Of a DNA stretch of 64,000 nt, positions 19,963-26,804 are shown piece after piece. Source of the DNA: Candidatus Woesearchaeota archaeon (GTDB lineage: Archaea; Nanobdellota; Nanobdellia; SCGC-AAA011-G17; JACPIM01); the NCBI GenBank assembly GCA_964603525.1, contig CAZRVI010000001.1, positions 749 to 64,748 of the forward strand. The letters run 5' to 3'. Under the pieces are notes generated by a model that worked only from the letters and a program-made list of their open reading frames with translations, ran no database searches and had not been told where the DNA came from. The translations under genes were made by a program, and so were the position numbers. How positions within the stretch are numbered: the stretch's first letter is position 1; each line of letters begins with the position of its first letter.

Positions 19963-20295
19963 TTAATATCTTTTAATATAATTATTGATCCCTTCTATTT
20001 GTGATAATCTTGTTTTAAATAAAAATTTTCTGAATTTATAATTTATTTTTATTCCTCTTTTTTGCAACCCTAATTTTAATTTTGCATATAATTTTTTACC
20101 TTCTTTATCTAAATCCAACAACAAAATAACTTCCTTCTGTCTTATTGATTCAATAAACTTATACAAAGGTCCTTTAACAAACTTTATATTTTTAATATCT
20201 AGTTTTTCTAATGCTTTTTTATCTTTTTTTCCTTCTACAATTATTAGTTTTTTAGAATCTTTTAACTCCTCTATCCATTCAAAGAGATTTTTCAT
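19963..20295 (-). CDS. Small TOPRIM-domain protein
   Basis: IIVEGKKD and LLLDLDKEG; start moved to 20295 because the ORF-track extension runs into the tRNA. Confidence 0.85.
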   Translation of the reverse strand: MKNLFEWIEELKDSKKLIIVEGKKDKKALEKLDIKNIKFVKGPLYKFIESIRQKEVILLLDLDKEGKKLYAKLKLGLQKRGIKINYKFRKFLFKTRLSQIEGINNYIKRY

Positions 20296-20304
20296 GTGAT
20301 AATA

Positions 20305-20427
20305 AGGGCCTGACGGGATTTGAACCCGCGACATCTTAACCGGAATTTAAACTCCTCTGGTCACCCCGGAGATTAAGAGCTTCACCAAGAACTTACAGGC
20401 GCTCTAACCGGGCTGAGCTACAGGCCC
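20305..20427 (-). tRNA. tRNA-Lys(CTT) with three introns (30/31, 37/38, 42/43)
   Basis: Acceptor stem GGGCCTG/CAGGCCC; removing 20381-20395, 20362-20373 and 20336-20356 gives a 75-nt cloverleaf with anticodon stem CCTGG/CCAGG and loop CT-CTT-AA. Confidence 0.85.
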
Positions 20428-20502
20428 ATAACTATATAAACAAAAATTAAATTTAAAAATCTTTCCAAAAAGTATATAAGGCTAAAAGTTTAGTCAAAAA
20501 CT

Positions 20503-21192
20503 ATGGAAATAGAATTATCAAAAAAACCGAGAGGTGTAACTATTATTGAAGGTTTTCCTGGATTTGGTTTGGTTAGTACTATTGCTACAGAATACTTAGT
20601 ACAGCACATGGGTGCTGAACAAATAGGTAGGATAAAAATAGAGGAAATTCCACCTGTTGTTGCTGTCCATAAAGGATGTATTGTTGAACCAATAGGTATT
20701 TTTTATTCTAAAAAATATAATATAATCATTTTGTATGCATTGGTTCCTGTAAAAGGGTATGAATGGCGGATCGCAAGTATTATAGAAAAACTTTCCAAAC
20801 AATTAGATGCTAAAGAAATAATTAGCATTGAAGGTGTTGCTGGAAGTAATGGAAAGAATATATACTATTTAACAAATAAAAAGGGCTGGTTTGGTAAATC
20901 AAATCTTAAAAGACTAAAAGAAGGCATTGTTGTTGGAGTAACTGGTGCCTTATTATTAAAGAAAAAGTTACCTGTTACTTGTATATTCGCGGAAACTAGA
21001 ACAGGTTTACCTGATTCGAGGGCAGCTGCAAAAGTTATCGAAATTCTTGATAATTATTTAAATTTAAAAATAGATTACAAGCCCTTGATAAAGAAGGCTG
21101 AGGAGTTTGAAGGAAAGATTAGAAACCTTATTTCTAAAAGCAAGTCTGTAATAAAACAAAAAGAAAAAAAAGAGTTAAGTTATTTTGGTTAA
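20503..21192 (+). CDS. Proteasome assembly chaperone (PAC2) family protein
   Basis: IIEGFPGFGLVSTIA, G.VVGVTGALL, PDSRAAA. Confidence 0.88.
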   Translation: MEIELSKKPRGVTIIEGFPGFGLVSTIATEYLVQHMGAEQIGRIKIEEIPPVVAVHKGCIVEPIGIFYSKKYNIIILYALVPVKGYEWRIASIIEKLSKQLDAKEIISIEGVAGSNGKNIYYLTNKKGWFGKSNLKRLKEGIVVGVTGALLLKKKLPVTCIFAETRTGLPDSRAAAKVIEILDNYLNLKIDYKPLIKKAEEFEGKIRNLISKSKSVIKQKEKKELSYFG

Positions 21193-21200
21193 TTAAACAA

Positions 21201-21959
21201 TCAAATTAAGGACCAAATTATTAATGCAAATGCTATTGCTATTAAAATAACCCCTATTATTCTATAAGCATTATTTGAAATTAATTTTAGTAAATTAATT
21301 CCTATTCTCCTAGTGTATTTAGGGGTTATTAACCAGAATAATCCCTCAATTCCTATCAATATTCCTATTACAATCAATATCCATGCTGGTGCCATTTTAT
21401 CTCCTCCTCTTAAATAGCCTAAAGATTTACAATAACCATTATAGCAGTAATTGGTTAAACATTCATAATTTTCTTTACATTTTTCTTTATATTGTTTTCT
21501 TGCAACCCATGATAAACCATCGCAATAAGATAGTTTTCCATTATAAACTTCTAGAGAACCTTTTGGTTTGCATTGGTTATTTATTGGGCATCCTTGTTGT
21601 TTTTTATGTTTGCAATATCTTAATTCGCAATAATCCTTTGTACAAGCTACATTGTCATTACAATCTGCATCAATTAAACATTCTGCTGTTTGCTCTATAT
21701 CTATTTTTGCTGTTCCGGTACCAATATCAGAATCTAATAAAGTTATTTTAACGCCATAAATTTCTGTTGAAGAACCATAAGAGATTAATTGATCTACTTC
21801 ATTTACTTTTAGATAAACAGAGCCGCCTGTTCCGATACTTATTAATCTTATTGGATAAATTTTATAAAACAGGGTTTTATCTTTTTGTAAGGTAAATTCT
21901 TCTGCAGCTACTAAAGGAACTATAAACATTAATAATATAATTAAAAACAATTTTTTCAT
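21201..21959 (-). CDS. Secreted/membrane Cys-rich hypothetical protein
   Basis: Signal peptide, Cys-rich middle (CLIDADCNDNVACTKDYC), two C-terminal TM helices. Confidence 0.75.
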   Translation of the reverse strand: MKKLFLIILLMFIVPLVAAEEFTLQKDKTLFYKIYPIRLISIGTGGSVYLKVNEVDQLISYGSSTEIYGVKITLLDSDIGTGTAKIDIEQTAECLIDADCNDNVACTKDYCELRYCKHKKQQGCPINNQCKPKGSLEVYNGKLSYCDGLSWVARKQYKEKCKENYECLTNYCYNGYCKSLGYLRGGDKMAPAWILIVIGILIGIEGLFWLITPKYTRRIGINLLKLISNNAYRIIGVILIAIAFALIIWSLI

Positions 21960-21990
21960 AACTAACTTAAGAATTGATAATTTTAAATAA

Positions 21991-22218
21991 TTAACGTTTT
22001 TTCTTTATTATTTTTGTTGGCGTTTCTTTCAAGGAGGAAATAATCCCCTCTAATTCCCTTAATCTTGCTTCGTGACCCTCGAGGATGTATTCATAAGCAT
22101 TGTGTCTTGATTTTATTTTTGTGAAAGACCTTTTTATGTTGACTTTATGCTGTTTAAATTTATCTACTAAAAGTCTAAAAGCTGTGCTTCTTGCTAAAAA
22201 CCAATCTCCTATCCCCAT
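21991..22218 (-). CDS. Small coiled-coil hypothetical protein
   Basis: MGIGDWFL...IKRSFTKIKSR...HEARLRELEG; ATG at 22218 chosen over the longer ORF-track start. Confidence 0.6.
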   Translation of the reverse strand: MGIGDWFLARSTAFRLLVDKFKQHKVNIKRSFTKIKSRHNAYEYILEGHEARLRELEGIISSLKETPTKIIKKKR

Positions 22219-22433
22219 GGATTTAAATAAAAAATCTTGTTTTAAAAAGATTTTGTGTAACTTAAAAATAGTTTTGGGACTCTCATTTACAAAACTTTTA
22301 AACAATGCTAAAATGTTTTATTATTAATATTTCTTAGCAAAGATTAAATATTATAAACATATTCGCTTATTAAAACATTTTATCAAAAATTATAAAATAT
22401 AAAAACAAAAGAAATAAATTTATTGTTAAAGGT

Positions 22434-22580
22434 TTATCGTCTTTTTTTCTTCTTTTTGGCTTTTTTCTTCTTTTTTCCGCCACGGGCCATCTTTGCTTCA
22501 CAAACATTTCCTTTTCCGTCAACATAGTAAAGGTAGCCTTTTTTTCTTTTAACAACGTTCTTTACAATTATTCTTCCCAT
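22434..22580 (-). CDS. 48-aa very basic protein (absent from ORF track), probable nucleic-acid binder
   Basis: MGRIIVKNVVKRKKGYLYYVDGKGNVCEAKMARGGKKKKKAKKKKKRR, preceded by strong SD AAGGAGGT. Confidence 0.8.
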   Translation of the reverse strand: MGRIIVKNVVKRKKGYLYYVDGKGNVCEAKMARGGKKKKKAKKKKKRR

Positions 22581-22660
22581 TTTTAACCTCCTTTTTATTA
22601 ATTAAATTTAATTTTATAGAGGAGAGACTGGTATTTAAAGCTTTCCGTCGAGAAACTGCT

Positions 22661-23476
22661 TTATAAGTTATCCAAAGGAGATTTTACTTTTTTTAACATT
22701 TCTGTTGAAACTTTGGTATATCTTTCTGTAGTAGATATAGAAACATGTCCTAACAAAGTTTGTATAACCCTTATATCAGTTCCAGACTCAAGAAGATGTG
22801 TTGCAAAACTGCTTCTTAAGGCATGACAGAATACTTTTTTCTTAATTCCTGCTTTTTTTGCTGCTTCAGAAACAATTCTTTGAGCCATTCTTACAGACAA
22901 ATGTTCTCCTTCAAATAAACCATTAAATAAATATTCCGATTCTTGTTTTCTATATTTTAAATAGTTTTTAATATGTTCAACCAAAGAATCTGATAAGATT
23001 ATAAGCCTGTCTTTTTTTCCTTTACCTGCAATAACCCTTCCAATCTTCTCATTTAAATCTAAATTATTTATTTTTATAGAAACTGCTTCAGAGACACGAA
23101 GTCCTGAAGAATAGAGAAACTCTATTAATAACCTATGTTTTTTGTTTTTTACAACACTTATCAATCTTTTAATTTCTTCTTTGGTTAATACAACAGGGAT
23201 TTTTTTTTCTTGCTTAGGAATCTTTATATTATTAAATCTTTTTTTTAAGACCTCCTCATAAAAGAATTTTAGTGCTGATAAAGTAAGAGCTAGTGTGGAT
23301 GGTTTTTTTTTAGTTTCTATTAAATATGAAATATACTTCTTAATATCTTGTTCTCCTATTTTTTTAGGATCTTTTTTAATAAAGTCTAAGAAAAGCTTAT
23401 TTCTTTTAAGATAAGTTTTAATTGTTATTGGAGTAAAACCCCTTAGTTTTAATTCTGTTTCAAGAGCATTTAAAAT
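22661..23476 (-). CDS. xerA: Tyrosine recombinase XerA (about 271 aa, ATT start)
   Basis: Catalytic SGLRVSE, GKGKKDR, HALRSSFATH, LLGH, TTERY; frame stays open upstream through the N-terminal domain (LETELKLRGF...) to ATT codons behind SD AGGAGG. Confidence 0.88.
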   Translation of the reverse strand: MLNALETELKLRGFTPITIKTYLKRNKLFLDFIKKDPKKIGEQDIKKYISYLIETKKKPSTLALTLSALKFFYEEVLKKRFNNIKIPKQEKKIPVVLTKEEIKRLISVVKNKKHRLLIEFLYSSGLRVSEAVSIKINNLDLNEKIGRVIAGKGKKDRLIILSDSLVEHIKNYLKYRKQESEYLFNGLFEGEHLSVRMAQRIVSEAAKKAGIKKKVFCHALRSSFATHLLESGTDIRVIQTLLGHVSISTTERYTKVSTEMLKKVKSPLDNL

Positions 23477-23548
23477 AATAACCCCTCCTTTTTTAGGAAA
23501 TATCCCTTAGATAAGCTATTTTTAAGATAAAAGCCCTTATTAATAAAT

Positions 23549-23576
23549 GTTTCGTATAAGGTATATTATACGAACC
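23549..23576. other. Candidate dif (Xer recombination) site, 11-6-11
   Basis: GTTTCGTATAA GGTATA TTATACGAACC; arms are 10/11 inverted; about 70 bp upstream of xerA. Confidence 0.8.
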
Positions 23577-23763
23577 TCTTGTTTATTTCATAAACTAGCT
23601 ACACTGAAGTCTTTAAAGTTTATATTAAATGTTGTGATTTCTAAATACTACTTATTCAAGTAATAATTTTAAGTTTCACCAAAATAATAAAACCAAACCT
23701 TTAAAAGGGGGTTATAGGTTTATTTAAACTATTAATTTAAAATTAAGTGGAGGAAAATCATAA

Positions 23764-23982
23764 ATGGAAGGAACTGTTAAATGGTTTAACAGGGACAAAG
23801 GATTTGGCTTTATCCAAAGCGATGATGGAAAGGACGTTTTTGTGCATCATTCAGCTGTACAACCTGGGACGTTTATTAGGGAAGGGGATAGAGTATCATT
23901 TGAACTTGTTAAAACTGAAAAAGGAATGCAAGCTAAAGATGTTAAATTGCTTCAAAAAGGCAGTGAAATAAAGAAGTTATGA
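23764..23982 (+). CDS. Cold-shock domain protein
   Basis: GTVKWFN, KGFGFI (RNP1), VFVH (RNP2). Confidence 0.95.
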   Translation: MEGTVKWFNRDKGFGFIQSDDGKDVFVHHSAVQPGTFIREGDRVSFELVKTEKGMQAKDVKLLQKGSEIKKL

Positions 23983-24386
23983 GAAAGCAATGGTTAAATT
24001 CTATTAAATTTTATTTTTTATTAAATTAATAGAGTAATCATTATAACATTAGTGTATTAGAAAATATTTAATCAAAGCTTAAAAGTTTTAGGTTTTAAAT
24101 AACTACTAATATGTAATCTGTACAACAAAAATGTTTAAATTAACAATTGGAAAGGCTTAAGTTATAAGTTGGTTAATAAATACTTTTGTATTAATATAAT
24201 TAAATAACACCTTACACTACAGGTCTTAATAGTAGAAGTTTATTGTTTTTAGGATAGAAAAATTTATTAATAGGTAATTTTGGAGAAAAGAAATGTTGTA
24301 ATAGTTTAATAAGTGGTCTTTGGCATTATTTAAAAAGACAGGTTTTTTAAAATTTTAAAATTAAATGGTTTAATGAAGGTGATTTA

Positions 24387-24647
24387 ATGGAGATAGTAAA
24401 AAATCTTGAAAGAAGGGTGGAACTTAAGGAAAAGATCTTTTTAATTAAGAGAACATTAAATGATGCTGATAAAAGATTATTGGAACATTTATCTACGAGT
24501 TCTGTAAGGAGACATGGGATTAGAATAGATGTCATAGAAGGAGAGGATAGCCTAAAGGTTAGATATACTGGAATTGGACCTTCTCCAAAGTATGAAGAAG
24601 CAAATTATAGATTGAAATTCTTTTTAAGAGAAAGGGCGTTAATATAA
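24387..24647 (+). CDS. Hypothetical protein
   Basis: 86-aa ORF with SD-like GGTGA; no motif recognised. Confidence 0.55.
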   Translation: MEIVKNLERRVELKEKIFLIKRTLNDADKRLLEHLSTSSVRRHGIRIDVIEGEDSLKVRYTGIGPSPKYEEANYRLKFFLRERALI

Positions 24648-24661
24648 AACCTCATTAATAA

Positions 24662-25228
24662 TTATTTAAGTTTGTTTTTAATTTTAATTTCTTTTTTAGG
24701 AAGCAAGTTCTTTGCTTTTTTAGTAAGAGATAAATGAATCTCTCTACCTTTTCTCTTTTTTTGTAATAAATTGAGTTGTAATAATGTGTCAGTGTACGAG
24801 GAAACCATTGATTTTATAAGATTATAATCTTTATTTGGATATAGGTCTTGTGCCAAGATTTTCATTGCAACCCAATCCTCACTCATCTCTTTAGATAAAA
24901 CTTTTAGCCTTAGTAGGATACTTTTCTGTAGATTAGTTAAGTTGTCAAGCAAGCTTATTTTTTGAGTTAGAAAAGGTTCGATTTCCTCAAAATCAATTTC
25001 TTTTTTTATTTTAATTGCTAAGCCTTGTTGATCTTGTTGAAGTTTTTGGGTGAGATTATTTATTTTTGTTAATAAGATATCATGATTATCAAGTCTAAAT
25101 TTAAGATGATTAATGTCTTTTTTAACATTATTAAAAGAGAGTTTTATTCCTGCGTCTAATTTATCTACAACCCTTTTTATTTCTTCTATGGTAGAAGCTT
25201 TGGATTTTCTTTTAAAAAACCACCACAT
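24662..25228 (-). CDS. Coiled-coil plus C-terminal winged-helix hypothetical protein
   Basis: MWWFF...IKLSFNNVKKDI; C-terminal LAQDLYP...MVSSYTDTLLQLNLLQKKRKGREIHLSLT. Confidence 0.72.
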   Translation of the reverse strand: MWWFFKRKSKASTIEEIKRVVDKLDAGIKLSFNNVKKDINHLKFRLDNHDILLTKINNLTQKLQQDQQGLAIKIKKEIDFEEIEPFLTQKISLLDNLTNLQKSILLRLKVLSKEMSEDWVAMKILAQDLYPNKDYNLIKSMVSSYTDTLLQLNLLQKKRKGREIHLSLTKKAKNLLPKKEIKIKNKLK

Positions 25229-25292
25229 TTTTATTAAATTAGATAATAAAGTAGAATATATATGTTTCTATTTATTCTTTTTCTAGATTAAC

Positions 25293-25336
25293 GGTTCATA
25301 AACTGTTCAGTGAATCCGGTGAACGTTCACTGAACA
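25293..25336. repeat. GTTCA/TGAAC array with 11-bp perfect inverted repeat
   Basis: TGTTCAGTGAA (25304-25314) and TTCACTGAACA (25326-25336), with nested palindrome GTGAACGTTCAC. Confidence 0.75.
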
Positions 25337-25339
25337 ATA

Positions 25340-25909
25340 TTAGATTAAAGTGGTTTGTTCAGGATCCATATTTTGGTAATATAGGTTGATTAATTTTTGT
25401 TCGGAAATTAACTTTTTAAACTCATTATTAACGGATAAAATAACTTTTCTATTGTTTAGTTTGCGTTTTATCAAAGGTATTTTTTTCCTAATAAGTTCAC
25501 TTACATAACTCCTTACACAACTTAAAGTGAGAGATAATTTTTGCGCTATTTGAGTATATGTAATTGATTTTGATTGAAAAATTGTTAGAAAAACGAGAAA
25601 TTCTTTATTTGTGAGAGTTTGAAGGGTTTTTTCCAATTCAAAAGAGGGTTGAAGAGTGAGTGATTGATTAGTGATTGATTGATTGATTAGTGATTGATTG
25701 ATTGATTGGACCCCTTTATTTCTTATGGAAAATATTTCTTGTGGAAATTTTTTAGGAGAAATTGGAATATTATTGAACAATCTTAGGGTTTTTTTAATTT
25801 CGTCTAATTTTGCTGTATTTTGGCTTATTTTTGATTCTAGCTCTAAAAAGTGAGACTTTATTTTATTAAAGGACATGATTAAGGCTTTTTTTGATATTTT
25901 TTTATTCAT
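25340..25909 (-). CDS. Coiled-coil plus HTH/winged-helix protein with internal repeat linker
   Basis: SFNKIK near N-terminus, QSINQSLINQSITNQSL linker, ITYTQIAQKLSLTLSCVRSYVSELIRKKIP HTH. Confidence 0.78.
   Translation of the reverse strand: MNKKISKKALIMSFNKIKSHFLELESKISQNTAKLDEIKKTLRLFNNIPISPKKFPQEIFSIRNKGVQSINQSLINQSITNQSLTLQPSFELEKTLQTLTNKEFLVFLTIFQSKSITYTQIAQKLSLTLSCVRSYVSELIRKKIPLIKRKLNNRKVILSVNNEFKKLISEQKLINLYYQNMDPEQTTLI
25659..25708. repeat. Intragenic TGAT tandem array (iteron-like)
   Basis: AG(TGAT)2T AG(TGAT)4T AG(TGAT)4T G. Confidence 0.88.
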
Positions 25910-26000
25910 ATATTCTTTAAAAAAGGGGTTTTATAAATAAATTATTGGATTTCAAAATATTAATTGAAGTATTAAGTGAGTGTTTAGAATGCGTTTAGGA

Positions 26001-26026
26001 AGTGATTGATTAGTGATTGATTGATT
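26001..26026. repeat. Intergenic copy of the TGAT array
   Basis: AGTGATTGATTAGTGATTGATTGATT, identical to 25659-25684. Confidence 0.88.
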
Positions 26027-26302
26027 TTAAGAGGTTAATAATTGTTTATATGCTTTGTAAGTTTGGGAATTTAATGTCCAACGCCTCCATTTACTGTATT
26101 TGTGACCTTTTGGAGATTTATCAATTTCAATGATAAGTCTCTCTTTTTTGAGTTCAAAAAGAAGTTTTTTAATAAATTCTTCATCTCTGATGAGATTATA
26201 AGCAATTTCACTTGTAAACATTGGTTTTAGATTATTAGAAAACAAAAGTGAGAGTATTTCCTCCTTAATCTTCTTGATTTTTTTTTCTGAGAGTTTTGAC
26301 AT
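26027..26302 (-). CDS. Small winged-helix protein
   Basis: IKEEILSLLF...FTSEIAYNLIRDEEFIKKLLFELKKERLI...WRRWTL. Confidence 0.72.
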   Translation of the reverse strand: MSKLSEKKIKKIKEEILSLLFSNNLKPMFTSEIAYNLIRDEEFIKKLLFELKKERLIIEIDKSPKGHKYSKWRRWTLNSQTYKAYKQLLTS

Positions 26303-26348
26303 ATAGTTAAAAATTAATAAGAATATTTAAAGTATTCGGTTAAGGTTA

Positions 26349-26780
26349 TTACCTAATATAATCTTTAGGGTTTGCATTCGGGGCTATAATTGGCATTCTT
26401 ATATGAGGTGGTAGGTTTATATCTTCAGCAAGAGCAATTGCTTTTATTGAAGCCCTATATAAAATAGTATTAATTATTTGCTCTGTTACTTCTTTTGGCA
26501 TTGTTTTTTTCTTTTCCCAGTTTGTTATTATATCCTTAAGAAGTTTGGGATCATCCATATAATAAATAAACCCTTTTAGACGAATGTTTCCTATATCCGG
26601 AGTGTAGTCTAAGTTAAAATCAAAATCGAATCTTAAACCATCTGCTTTTGTTTTTCCGGTTGGTAATTTCTCTTCTTTGATATCAACAATGTTTACTTTG
26701 CTTTTGATCTGTAATTTACCTGTTATAACTTTCTTTTTCTCAGAATGTATATGTGTAAAATTGAATCCAACTATAGGCAT
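26349..26780 (-). CDS. Hypothetical protein
   Basis: MPIVGFNFTHI...EDINLPPHIRMP; function not recognised. Confidence 0.7.
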   Translation of the reverse strand: MPIVGFNFTHIHSEKKKVITGKLQIKSKVNIVDIKEEKLPTGKTKADGLRFDFDFNLDYTPDIGNIRLKGFIYYMDDPKLLKDIITNWEKKKTMPKEVTEQIINTILYRASIKAIALAEDINLPPHIRMPIIAPNANPKDYIR

Positions 26781-26804
26781 TGTATTGGTTTTAGAATATT
26801 TATT

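Noticed and set aside
20296..20334. N-terminal extension of the TOPRIM ORF (MSRVQIPSGP)
   Set aside because: It is the translated T-arm and acceptor stem of tRNA-Lys.
22370..22555. 61-aa ORF from the track; also a histone or CC1 label for the overlapping 48-aa protein
   Set aside because: The 61-aa frame lacks an SD and overlaps the better-supported 22434-22580 ORF. The 48-aa sequence shows no histone fold and does not match CC1 as I recall it.
23544..23581. Vector-derived loxP contamination
   Set aside because: The outer 5 bp of both arms differ from loxP (ATAAC/GTTAT), and the flanks are native AT-rich sequence next to xerA.
23747..23971. 74-aa ORF overlapping csp
   Set aside because: Alternative frame of the cold-shock gene.
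22661..24650. Integron or provirus around the tyrosine recombinase
   Set aside because: No IntI-specific insertion, attC-like cassette array, viral genes or tRNA-derived att duplication seen; XerA plus dif explains it better.
25659..26026. CRISPR array
   Set aside because: Tetranucleotide tandem units without unique spacers; no cas genes in the window.
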